Virus record (IMG/VR): IMGVR_UViG_3300023175_000022
Source: an uncultured virus (IMG/VR IMGVR_UViG_3300023175_000022)
Lineage: Duplodnaviria > Heunggongvirae > Uroviricota > Caudoviricetes
Reading direction: 5' to 3' (one strand)
DNA length: 64,000 nt
Notes under the pieces: model-generated
What the model saw: only the letters and a program-made list of their open reading frames with translations
What the model was told of the DNA's origin: nothing
Databases searched by the model: none
Shown: in pieces, positions 38,767 through 48,306 of the stretch
How positions within the stretch are numbered: position 1 is the first letter of the stretch
Layout: every line of letters starts with the position of its first letter
Position numbers and translations under genes: made by a program

Positions 38767-39428
38767 GCGATCAATTACAAATATCACGCCAATATCTTTG
38801 GTCAGATAGTCTTTTTGAAATAAAAATTCCAAATGCGAATAATCAAGCGATAGTAGATTTTTATGAGATCGGGTCTAAATCACACAAAGGAGATGCACGA
38901 TCAAATATAGGTGGATGGCAATTCCCTATGAAAGATGGTATGTGTGAAGAATATGATCAAATTATGGATAGAATAGTTGAAGGTGTAAATCATATTGCAA
39001 ACAATGTAATGGGCATGAGTTTAATTATAGAAATGTCTAATTCGTGGATAAATACAAATAAATTAGGTGCCAAAAATGCATTTCATACACATCCTGGATG
39101 TTTATTTTCTGGTGTTTATTATGCGAAAGTACCAAAAATAGGCGATCCGGGTTATATTAATTTCGTTAGAGAAGGTCATCATCAAATTGAATCGACCCTC
39201 GCTTTTTTTGCTGATCATTATGCACAACAAAGATTAGAGCAAAATGGTGGAGATGATAGAGATATGCAATGGATCACTCATATGACCGTGCCGCCTGTCG
39301 AAAGTAGCGCTTTAATTTTTCCATCATGGTATGGTCATGAAGTATATACATCTTTATCAGAAAAAGAAGATAGAATTGCTGTAGGTATGAATTTCTCTCC
39401 ACGGTTGACTTCAGAAAATAATAAATAA
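38763..39428 (+). CDS. Putative 2OG-Fe(II) oxygenase (TIGR02466-like)
   Basis: RSNIGGWQ, SWIN.N.....N..HTHPG..FSGVYY, LIFPSW..H.V and RIAVGMNF. Confidence 0.88.
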   Translation: MSDQLQISRQYLWSDSLFEIKIPNANNQAIVDFYEIGSKSHKGDARSNIGGWQFPMKDGMCEEYDQIMDRIVEGVNHIANNVMGMSLIIEMSNSWINTNKLGAKNAFHTHPGCLFSGVYYAKVPKIGDPGYINFVREGHHQIESTLAFFADHYAQQRLEQNGGDDRDMQWITHMTVPPVESSALIFPSWYGHEVYTSLSEKEDRIAVGMNFSPRLTSENNK

Positions 39429-39452
39429 ATAAAACAACTATAGAGAACAACG

Positions 39453-39800
39453 ATGGCTTCGAGAGTAGAAGATCTGACTGTCACTCAAGGCACAGATATG
39501 AGTTTCAAAATCTATTTGAAAGACTCTGCGGGCGCATCTCTTGATGTTTCGACTAAATTATTTAGCGCTTCGATGAAAAAATCTTATACGTCAACGGCGA
39601 GCATTGATTTTACAACTGCTGTCAATGACGCGCCGAATGGTGTTATGACAATTTCCCTTACAAAAGATCAAACAACGAATTTAGATGAACACGTCAGATA
39701 TGTCTACGATGTTATGATGTATGAAGCAGGTAACACAAACGTCGAAGAAATACTTAATGGTAAAGTATTCATCAAACCCACAGTCACGAGATTAAGTTAA
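39453..39800 (+). CDS. Virion adaptor protein (BppU-N-like)
   Basis: L.V.QGTD......D..G..LD, MKKSY.S, G...ISLT..QT..L...RYVYDV and G...I.P.VT motifs. Confidence 0.75.
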   Translation: MASRVEDLTVTQGTDMSFKIYLKDSAGASLDVSTKLFSASMKKSYTSTASIDFTTAVNDAPNGVMTISLTKDQTTNLDEHVRYVYDVMMYEAGNTNVEEILNGKVFIKPTVTRLS

Positions 39801-42800
39801 TGTCTACTATTACTACACGTTCTGCAAAAGGTTCTGCTCTGACTCATACAGAGATGGATGCTAATTTTACTAATCTCAATACAGATAAAGTAGAAACTAA
39901 AGGTACATTGACAAAAACATTTGCAAATAATGAGACCGCAGCAATTACGTTATCTTCAGCAATGCCAAGCGGTCATATTCCAGTTGTATCAGTTACTAAA
40001 GATGCCGTTGTTGATGGATTAGTAGAATCAAGCTGGGATGTCAATTCGACTGGATCTAATTATGAGATTAGCGATGGTACAACTTATACTGTCACTTTGA
40101 CATCAGCAAATGCAGGACATACACCATATAATTTAGAATGGGACGGTAACACTGCAAATACTGCAGGTGAGTTAGCTACTATATTAAGTGATTTATCGCC
40201 AGGTATTGCTGGAAGTTCGCCTGGATATGCTAGTTATTTAAAAATTATGAAATTTGTCGATAATGGAAATAAAATTTTTATCGCAAATACAGCTTTGACT
40301 GGATTTGCATTATATGATTTATCGACCGCATACGATACATCTACTGCAGTTTTAGCTAATACATCTAGCATTGATTGGACTTCTGATATTACCTACACCG
40401 GGTATAATTATATGTACCAGAAGTGGGATATAGAATTCGATGACGACGGTGATAGAATGTGGCTGATGGGCAATACGAGAGCATATACCGGTTCCTCATA
40501 TACTTATTATACATTTTGTCATGAATTTTCTTTAACCACACCGTATGTAATTGAACCCGGTAATGTAACTCACGTAGGAAATACTGTACACGGATCCTCG
40601 GGTTTGTATAACCCCAGCTCGGATTATATTTTATATAGAGGATGGTATAAACCTACTGGTTTATATGTGCAAGGTAATTATTACATGCAACAATTATTCG
40701 ATAATGATAACTCAACATCTGTAGTTGGTGTAAGAAGTACTAGTAATGGATATAACCTTATTCGTGATGTATTTTATACGGATCCTAATGGCGGTCTAGC
40801 TCCTCATCATACTGCAGTGTCTACTTCTCTTGGAGAAGTTTGGGCCGGCCCGATGAGTGATGATTTACAAAGGGTTGTCGGGAAAAAAAATACCAATCGA
40901 CAAATAGCTTTTTTCGAATATACTGATAGAGGAGGAAATCGATATCATGCGAATGAAGTTTTAGGTGATTGGGATTTCTATATAGATCATAGTTCATCTG
41001 GTCCTCAAGGTCAATGGTTGGAAAAAGAACCGTTTAGAAAATGGTATGATGATAATGGCGGTACTTTTAACACCTTAACACTTTTTGATAATAATTACGA
41101 TTCTTTGTTAGACGCAGATGCTGACGGCAATTTATATTTGTTTTTTCCTAAAATAGGTCGTGTTTATAAATTTACATGTGCACATGTATCAAAAGCTAGA
41201 TTTAAAAGATCAAGCGGGTCATGGTCAGCTAATGATGTAGGAAAAGTAATATCTGGGAATGGAGGTAAAGCAGTTCTTACTGCAATTGACGGTTCATATA
41301 CTATTATTGATCCATTTGATAATACAGATCCTATTACATCATGGACATTAGAAGATTTTAGTGTTAAAAGTGATGCAGAGGGCCTAGAATTAGCTTCATC
41401 ATCGTCTTCCTACGATTTAGGTAGAATGCATCTTAATCCCGATAATTACAACACTGCATATGGTCCGGTTCCCGATGATCGTTTGGGAATGACATATGAC
41501 GCTATAGATTTTTATCCAGTTTCTGGTGCTAATGCAAATAATATGGTAAACTATCAAGATAACACATTTGAGAATGGTGCATATTCTATCGAGAATATGG
41601 TTAGGGCCGTTTGTTGGGGAGACAACGGAAATATAGCTGTTTTTTATGGTGGTAATAACAATAAATTTTATACTGTAGATTTAAATAGACCATATGATTT
41701 TCTTTATAATACGCCCGTATGTTCTACAACAAAAATATTAGATCCGTCGTCCACTACTGATAGTTACGATATTGAATTTAGTGCCAATGGTCATATGTTT
41801 TTTTATGCACTTGGGTCCACTCTCGTATCGGTTGAATTGACAACTGATTGGGATATTGGATCAGCTAATACCTCAACAAAATATACTACTACTAATCTAT
41901 GCACAACTGCCGGCCCCTACGGCGCATTGCAATTTAATATCAAACCGGATGGTACTAAATTATGGGCAATGGATTATTATACTACTAATAGCAGCAAATA
42001 TGTATGGGAGTATACATTAACTACTCCATGGGATTTGTCTACTAGAACATTAGCCGCAACACATACGAATACAGCGAAAATATTCGAAGGTATCAAAGGA
42101 AATGGGAGTGCGACGGGCGAAGAATACACTGATCATTATTACACGCATGGAATATTCGAATGGAATTCAGACGGTACTGCTATCTTTATTAATAGATATA
42201 ATCGAGAATCGAGTCAAAGTCATCGTTCATATTTAGCCAAAGTCGGTGTCAAAACACCTTGGGATTTGTCAACTGCATATGTCACTGGGCATATGGTAAA
42301 TGGTACTCATGGCGATCATGGAGCTGGAGGTTGGCAATATGGACCACGATCGTTCATGGGAGGTGACGGAACTATGATGATTCATGCTACAGTCGATTCT
42401 TCTCCAACATATTATTACTTATGTGCTCAAAAAACAGGCGGCGCGAGTTATTTGACCGGTTACAATACAGCAATTACTGGAAGTACTGCACAGATTGATA
42501 CAACAAATTGGAATGATATAAACGGCGTAACAGTTACCGAAGCGAAAAACGATGGTGATATTTACTATAGTTTTAGTACTGATAATAGAACTACGTGGAA
42601 AATTATACATAATACGGATGGTGAAAGAAGTATAGCAAGAAATAATGGCGGCACTTGGCAATATAATAGTAATATTACTTACGCTACAAATACGTGGACA
42701 AATGCAGCAATCAATAGCGAAAAAGGTGCAATACAAGAAGCCTCTGCTTTAGCAGTAAATAGAATGGACAAAACACAATTTGAAGCTGTATCTGATGCAA

Positions 42801-43024
42801 ATCATATTACAATGGGTTCAACTCTTGATTTGGCTATAACGTATAATTTAACAAGTAGTGGATTAACTTCTCCTACTTCTGACGGTGTGTCTTTGAATTA
42901 TGCTGGTAGTACAGGAGATCAAGGGGCAGTCATTGGCACTGATTTTAATTGGGTATTAGCTAATACAACGACGGTTGAAATTACTGCTTTAGCTCCATCT
43001 AATCTCAAAGTTAGAATAGTGTAA
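39800..43024 (+). CDS. Tail fibre/receptor-binding protein with beta-propeller-like repeats
   Basis: N-terminal ITTRSAKGSALTHTEMDANFTNL; repeated Y.L.T.WD.ST and F..DG..L blades. Confidence 0.7.
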   Translation: MSTITTRSAKGSALTHTEMDANFTNLNTDKVETKGTLTKTFANNETAAITLSSAMPSGHIPVVSVTKDAVVDGLVESSWDVNSTGSNYEISDGTTYTVTLTSANAGHTPYNLEWDGNTANTAGELATILSDLSPGIAGSSPGYASYLKIMKFVDNGNKIFIANTALTGFALYDLSTAYDTSTAVLANTSSIDWTSDITYTGYNYMYQKWDIEFDDDGDRMWLMGNTRAYTGSSYTYYTFCHEFSLTTPYVIEPGNVTHVGNTVHGSSGLYNPSSDYILYRGWYKPTGLYVQGNYYMQQLFDNDNSTSVVGVRSTSNGYNLIRDVFYTDPNGGLAPHHTAVSTSLGEVWAGPMSDDLQRVVGKKNTNRQIAFFEYTDRGGNRYHANEVLGDWDFYIDHSSSGPQGQWLEKEPFRKWYDDNGGTFNTLTLFDNNYDSLLDADADGNLYLFFPKIGRVYKFTCAHVSKARFKRSSGSWSANDVGKVISGNGGKAVLTAIDGSYTIIDPFDNTDPITSWTLEDFSVKSDAEGLELASSSSSYDLGRMHLNPDNYNTAYGPVPDDRLGMTYDAIDFYPVSGANANNMVNYQDNTFENGAYSIENMVRAVCWGDNGNIAVFYGGNNNKFYTVDLNRPYDFLYNTPVCSTTKILDPSSTTDSYDIEFSANGHMFFYALGSTLVSVELTTDWDIGSANTSTKYTTTNLCTTAGPYGALQFNIKPDGTKLWAMDYYTTNSSKYVWEYTLTTPWDLSTRTLAATHTNTAKIFEGIKGNGSATGEEYTDHYYTHGIFEWNSDGTAIFINRYNRESSQSHRSYLAKVGVKTPWDLSTAYVTGHMVNGTHGDHGAGGWQYGPRSFMGGDGTMMIHATVDSSPTYYYLCAQKTGGASYLTGYNTAITGSTAQIDTTNWNDINGVTVTEAKNDGDIYYSFSTDNRTTWKIIHNTDGERSIARNNGGTWQYNSNITYATNTWTNAAINSEKGAIQEASALAVNRMDKTQFEAVSDANHITMGSTLDLAITYNLTSSGLTSPTSDGVSLNYAGSTGDQGAVIGTDFNWVLANTTTVEITALAPSNLKVRIV

Positions 43025-43034
43025 AACGAGGTTT

Positions 43035-43042
43035 TATAAATA
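43035..43042 (+). promoter_or_regulatory. T4-type late promoter box
   Basis: Intergenic TATAAATA. Confidence 0.7.
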
Positions 43043-43133
43043 ATGTTATCTGGCGAAATTCAAATTAAGAAACCCGACGGAACAATCAAAACTTTAAAGT
43101 TACAATCGAAACCTAGAAACGAGGAAAAAGCTC

Positions 43134-43520
43134 ATGGCGACTCTTCAACACCCAACTCTGGTACGGAACACGATCGCAGACACAGTAGTAGATCTGATTG
43201 ACGCGGGCGGTTCAGCCGGTACACTCAACTTCTATACTTCAAATGGCGGCTCATTGCTTGCTACATTGACTTTTTCAGCCACTGCTTTTGGCGCAGCTGC
43301 TTCTGGTGTAGCAACCGCTTCAGCAATTACTGAAGATGCGAATACTGCCGCTGGCACTGTAGCCTGGTTTGAAGTACACGATTCTTCAGGCAACACCATC
43401 TTCGAAGGTGATGTAACTGATGATGATACAGGAACGGGCTCAATCTTGCTGTCATCTACCACTCTTGGTACTGGTGACACCCTGTCAGTTACTTCGCTTA
43501 CATATACTGCACCTAATTGA
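43134..43520 (+). CDS. Small virion structural protein
   Basis: SD GAGG; LLATLTFS..AFGAA.SG...A..I...TAAGT..WF...G.V family pattern. Confidence 0.75.
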   Translation: MATLQHPTLVRNTIADTVVDLIDAGGSAGTLNFYTSNGGSLLATLTFSATAFGAAASGVATASAITEDANTAAGTVAWFEVHDSSGNTIFEGDVTDDDTGTGSILLSSTTLGTGDTLSVTSLTYTAPN

Positions 43521-43541
43521 TCTAGTAACTGACTAGAACAT

Positions 43542-43572
43542 AGACAGCCCGATCGAAAGATCGTGGCTGTTT
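43542..43572 (+). terminator. Stem-loop with GAAA tetraloop (terminator or processing site)
   Basis: ACAGCC-CGATC-GAAA-GATCG-T-GGCTGT followed by a short T run. Confidence 0.6.
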
Positions 43573-43590
43573 ATCGTTTAGGAGTAGACA

Positions 43591-46500
43591 GTGGCACGCA
43601 TAATATATGTAGCAGACGATTATGTTGATGTCGGATATGTAAAAAAGTTCGAGGAAGCTTCGGGTTCTTTACTATCTGACAACGCGACTGTTGCAGGTAG
43701 CGGTGTACATACTCCAGTCAGTTTAGCACAAGGTCAAGCTGTATCTGGACCGTCTTCAGTAACGGGTTCAGGTATACGCGAAGTTACTGCTACCGGTAAT
43801 TTCACACCAACTCCATCTTTTGTAGGAAATGGTACCCGGACCGTGTCAGGTTCGGGCACTGTTGGTGCTCATACTCCTGAAACGATTACTTACGAAGTTA
43901 CTAATGATGGAGCTGGTGCTTATCTCTTCGATGACTTAAGTAATCCAACACTTTACCTCAAACGAGGTTCTACATACAATTTCAATATCGATGCATCAGG
44001 TCACCCATTCTGGATAAAGACCACATCGAGTACAGGCACAACAAATCAATATAACGATGGTGTATCAAATAATGGTATCGATAGTGGTACCATTACATTC
44101 GTCGTGCCTGATGATGCGCCTGATACATTATACTATAATTGTCAGTATCATGGAAGTATGGCTGGTACATTTAACGTTGTATCAGGTCAACTTTCAAATG
44201 TAGACGGTGTAGCTGAAAGAGAAATTACAGCTGACGGTAATTTACAATTAGATAACTGTGCTGTTTCAGGTAATGGTGAAGTTATTGTTGCTACAATATT
44301 TGGTACTGGTTCACTCGTATCAAATAATTCTAGCTTAAATGGTATTGTAGAAAGAGAAATTACAGCCATAGGTAGCTTAACTACTACGCCGTCCATATCT
44401 GGTACCGGTGGCAGAACAATCACGTCAGTATCATCACTACCTCAAAATAATTCCTCCATTTCTGGTGATGGTGTTCATGAACTCACGATTACCGCATCAA
44501 TTCAATCAGAAAATTCAAGTGTAAATGGTATAGGTGAACACGAGATACTATTTGTTAACGGTGTTTTTGGTATATCAAATTCGAGTGTATCTGGTGTATC
44601 AAGTAAAACGGTCATCGCATTTGGAAATATTCAGCCTTCTCCATCAGTCGTAGGAAATGGCGAAAGAACTATCAAGGCTAACGGCCAATTAGGAACGTTA
44701 TCAGTTGTAAATGGTACTGGTAATAGATCGCTAGACGGAGAAAGCAATACTCTTACTATCAGGTCGACAGCATCTGGTATTGGTAAAAGAAAGATTGTAG
44801 CTAATGGATCGTTGACAGTAACGAGCTCTTCGGTTGGTTCGGGTGAAAGGACAGTTACAGGCATAGGAAATATCATTACTGGATCTTCAGTTGTCGGTGG
44901 TGGTGATCGATCCATTGTAGGAAGTATTGCTCTTACTACGTCGGCATCAGTAAACGGCACAGGCGAAAGAGAGATTACCGGTAATGGTGCACTCATCACT
45001 ACAGTTTCGTCAGTTGGTACAGGTAATCGTAAAGTTACTATCAGCGGTGATATACAGCCATCACCGTGTGTAGTGACTGGCACGACAGAAAGATCTGTTA
45101 CAACATCTATATCATTGATAACTACAGCTCAAGTTTCTGGTACTGGTACACGTAAAGTATTTGGTATTGGTTCAATTGTTTCAAATAATTCTGCTGTCGG
45201 TGTAGGTGAAAGAACAGTAACGGGCGCAGGTAATCTCGTTACATCAGCTAGCATTGTCAGTGTAGGTGAAAGAATTATTACCGCTACTGGTAATTTAGTA
45301 ACGGCAGCCTCAGTATCAGGTAGCGGTGGTGTCTTTACAGTTGCGAGAGGAAATATCATTGCTTCAGATGCTGTAGTCTCTGGTGATGGTACACGAACTA
45401 TTACTAGCGCTGTTGCTATTCAAACATCTGCGGCGATCGCAGGTATCGGCACGAGAAAAATTGTTGGTTCTGCGGTACTACAACCAACAGCTATATTTGT
45501 TACTTCACCAATTGGAGAAAGAACCGTTGTAGGTTCAGGTTCGCTCATTTCAACACAGTCTATAATCACTAGTAGTGTATATCGCAATATAATAGCTCAT
45601 GGTGATCTTAATATATCTACCATAGTATCTGGAATTGGCGAAAGAATTATACCAAGCGATGGTGTATTTGGTATTACTCAATCAACAGTCGGCGCTAGCG
45701 GCACAAGAAAAATCACAACTGATATTAATCTCACACTTCAATCAACTGTAAGCGGTGCAGGTATTCATAAGGTAGTGGGTACTGGCTCGCTTGTGACTAA
45801 CTCAACGGTGAGTGGTGCAGGTAGATCTGCAATTATTATAGACGCCAATTTTGAACCTGCAAATTGTATCGTCAGTGGTGTTGGCGAAAGAATTATTACC
45901 GCTAGCGGTAATCTTGTTACTACTGGTAGCTCGGTTGGTGTTGGTGAGAGAACGATAACAGGAACCGGTGTGCTTATATCTGATAGTTCATCTGTCGGTA
46001 TAGGTGAAAGAAAAATTGTCGGGGCAGGCAGTCTTGTTGCGGCAGATTCAATTGTCACATCAGCTGTAGTAAGAACTAATCCGGGATCTGGTGATTTAAT
46101 TTCAGATAATGCATCGATATCTGCAATCGGTGAAAGAATTATTAAAGCTAATGGTTCTCTCGTTTCTGATAATTCAATAGTTCAATCACCGTCAAATATT
46201 CGAATAGTGACGTCGAACGGACTCGCTGTTCAACCTACGCCTACTGTTTCTGGCTCTGGTATCCATAAGGTATTTGGTAATGGTGATCTACGACCTCAAT
46301 CGACAGTCGAAGGTATAGCAATTATACCACGTAGGCATCAAAGAGCAAATGGTAATCTGTTGCCTTCTGTTGTTGTCAGCGGCGAAGGTAAGAGAAAAGT
46401 TAAGGGTGATGGCGCGCTGACGACATCTGCACAAATTGTTTGTATTACTACGCGTAAGATTATTAGTACAGGCGCTAATTTACCTCAGAATAATAGTAGA

Positions 46501-46755
46501 GTTGTATCACCTGCAGAGAGAATAGTAAAAGTTATCGGCATCGATGGAATGACTAATTCGATAGTTGTTGGTGACGGTGTTAAATCAGATACACTTGTCA
46601 GAGCAGGATTTAGAGGTATCACTAATTCTACTTTATCAGGAATTGGTAATACAATAAATATTGATCAATTCATTACGGTGAGAATATTTGAACCAAATAA
46701 TATAACAACGCGAATCAATCCTCCACGAGAGATTACAGTGCGGTCACGCTCATAG
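43591..46755 (+). CDS. Fibre protein: cupredoxin-like domain plus ~19-aa Gly/Ser/Thr/Val repeats
   Basis: SD AGGAG with GTG start. NPTLYLKRG.TY.F....SGHPF and PDTLYYNCQYHGSMAG, then dozens of G.GER.IT..G.L repeats. Confidence 0.8.
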   Translation: MARIIYVADDYVDVGYVKKFEEASGSLLSDNATVAGSGVHTPVSLAQGQAVSGPSSVTGSGIREVTATGNFTPTPSFVGNGTRTVSGSGTVGAHTPETITYEVTNDGAGAYLFDDLSNPTLYLKRGSTYNFNIDASGHPFWIKTTSSTGTTNQYNDGVSNNGIDSGTITFVVPDDAPDTLYYNCQYHGSMAGTFNVVSGQLSNVDGVAEREITADGNLQLDNCAVSGNGEVIVATIFGTGSLVSNNSSLNGIVEREITAIGSLTTTPSISGTGGRTITSVSSLPQNNSSISGDGVHELTITASIQSENSSVNGIGEHEILFVNGVFGISNSSVSGVSSKTVIAFGNIQPSPSVVGNGERTIKANGQLGTLSVVNGTGNRSLDGESNTLTIRSTASGIGKRKIVANGSLTVTSSSVGSGERTVTGIGNIITGSSVVGGGDRSIVGSIALTTSASVNGTGEREITGNGALITTVSSVGTGNRKVTISGDIQPSPCVVTGTTERSVTTSISLITTAQVSGTGTRKVFGIGSIVSNNSAVGVGERTVTGAGNLVTSASIVSVGERIITATGNLVTAASVSGSGGVFTVARGNIIASDAVVSGDGTRTITSAVAIQTSAAIAGIGTRKIVGSAVLQPTAIFVTSPIGERTVVGSGSLISTQSIITSSVYRNIIAHGDLNISTIVSGIGERIIPSDGVFGITQSTVGASGTRKITTDINLTLQSTVSGAGIHKVVGTGSLVTNSTVSGAGRSAIIIDANFEPANCIVSGVGERIITASGNLVTTGSSVGVGERTITGTGVLISDSSSVGIGERKIVGAGSLVAADSIVTSAVVRTNPGSGDLISDNASISAIGERIIKANGSLVSDNSIVQSPSNIRIVTSNGLAVQPTPTVSGSGIHKVFGNGDLRPQSTVEGIAIIPRRHQRANGNLLPSVVVSGEGKRKVKGDGALTTSAQIVCITTRKIISTGANLPQNNSRVVSPAERIVKVIGIDGMTNSIVVGDGVKSDTLVRAGFRGITNSTLSGIGNTINIDQFITVRIFEPNNITTRINPPREITVRSRS

Positions 46756-46788
46756 TTGCATAAATAAATTAAAGCACGGAGAAAATAA

Positions 46789-47532
46789 ATGGCAGTTCCT
46801 ACAACGAGAGATGATTTTAAGGAGTATTGCCTTCGGTCTCTTGGTAAACCTGTAATAGAAATCAATGTTGACGATCTACAAGTTGAAGATAGGATCGATC
46901 AAGCGTTGCGTTTTTATTGGGACTATCACTTCGACGGCACTGAAAAAATCTATTATAAACATGTTGTTGATGCAAATACTGTAGCAAATAAGTATATTGA
47001 TTTGCCAGAAAATATTGTTGGTGCTGTAAAGCTTTTTCCAATCGGTGATCCTAATACTTCTTCGGGCGATATCTTTAATATTCGGTATCAAATTGCATTA
47101 AACGATTTGTATACATTGACAAATGTAGCATTGCTTGATTATTATATGACAATGGAACATCTAGCATTGGTGTCTGAGTTACTTATTGGTAAACCACAAA
47201 TTAGATATAATAGACATCGAAATAGATTGCATATAGATGAGACGGCCGGCGATCTAGAAGCAGGACAATTTTTATTAGTTGAAGCTTATGAACTTGTAGA
47301 TCCTACAACATATACAGATGTATGGGCAGATCGTTGGCTTCAATATTATACGGCGCAATTAATCAAACGTCAATGGGGTACAAACCTTACGAAATTTGAA
47401 GGATTACAATTACCTGGTGGTGTAACTTTCAACGGACGTCAGATCTATGACGAAGCCGATGCTGAAATAAAAAGATTAGAAGATGAGATGGTAAACAATT
47501 ACAGTTTGCCTGTAATGGATATGATTGGTTAG
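46789..47532 (+). CDS. gp13: Neck protein
   Basis: YCLRSLGKPVIEINVDD.QVEDRID.AL..YHFDG, KRQWG.NL.KF.G.QLPGGVT.NG, ending DMIG. Confidence 0.96.
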   Translation: MAVPTTRDDFKEYCLRSLGKPVIEINVDDLQVEDRIDQALRFYWDYHFDGTEKIYYKHVVDANTVANKYIDLPENIVGAVKLFPIGDPNTSSGDIFNIRYQIALNDLYTLTNVALLDYYMTMEHLALVSELLIGKPQIRYNRHRNRLHIDETAGDLEAGQFLLVEAYELVDPTTYTDVWADRWLQYYTAQLIKRQWGTNLTKFEGLQLPGGVTFNGRQIYDEADAEIKRLEDEMVNNYSLPVMDMIG

Positions 47533-47574
47533 CACTAGCTAATTATACACACAACTTAGGAATTGTACATAGGT

Positions 47575-48306
47575 ATGGCCACAAATCCATATTTTAATAA
47601 CTTTACTAATACGTCAGAGCAAGACCTGATCGAAGATTTGATTATTGAATCAATTAAGATTTATGGTCATGACGTATGGTATTGTCCACGCACTATCGTA
47701 TCGAAAGATAATATTCTAAATGAAGATGCGTTATCTACCTATGATTATTCTTATCAGATAGAAATGTATATTAAAAATGTCGAAGGATTCGAAGGCGAAG
47801 GTGATTTCTTATCAAGATTTAATATACAAATAAGAGACGAGATCACATTCACTGTTGCCAATAAAAGATATAATGAAACTATCGGGGACTATGAAAATTC
47901 TCCGAGACCAAAAGAAGGCGACATCATTTATTTTCCATTGACAGAAAAAGTATATGTAATTAAGTTTGCCGAACACGAAGCTCCTGTGTTTTATCAAATG
48001 GGCGCATTGCAATGCTATGATTTGATTTGTGAACAGTTTGAATATAGTAATGAGAAATTAAATACCGGTATTGCGGCTATTGATCAATTTGAAACTCAAT
48101 ACAGTTTAGCAGCTACAACAACTGATGGTCTTTCTTTCGATGCAAACAATAACATAATAATTGACGCGAACACCGGCAGGCCCACGGGAGCATCATCATT
48201 TGATCCTGATGATGTGTTCGACGACACAACAGAATTTGAATCTCAAGCACTTGATTTTATTGATTTTTCTGAAGAAGATCCATTTAGCGAAGGCGGTAGA
48301 TACTAA
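47575..48306 (+). CDS. gp14: Neck protein
   Basis: NPYF...EQ.L.EDLI.ESIKIYG.DV.Y.PR, RPKEGD.IYFP, FYQMG and DFSE.DPF. Confidence 0.95.
   Translation: MATNPYFNNFTNTSEQDLIEDLIIESIKIYGHDVWYCPRTIVSKDNILNEDALSTYDYSYQIEMYIKNVEGFEGEGDFLSRFNIQIRDEITFTVANKRYNETIGDYENSPRPKEGDIIYFPLTEKVYVIKFAEHEAPVFYQMGALQCYDLICEQFEYSNEKLNTGIAAIDQFETQYSLAATTTDGLSFDANNNIIIDANTGRPTGASSFDPDDVFDDTTEFESQALDFIDFSEEDPFSEGGRY

Noticed and set aside
44187..46058. Several antisense ORFs (e.g. 44631-45083) opposite the repeat fibre, and similar ones throughout the ORF track
   Set aside because: Shadow frames of Gly/Thr/Val-rich genes, with no SD or recognisable motifs.
47530..47575. TAG recoding suggested by in-frame TAGs between gp13 and gp14
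   Set aside because: gp13 ends at its usual DMIG terminus and the long conserved genes are uninterrupted in the standard code, so TAG is a stop.
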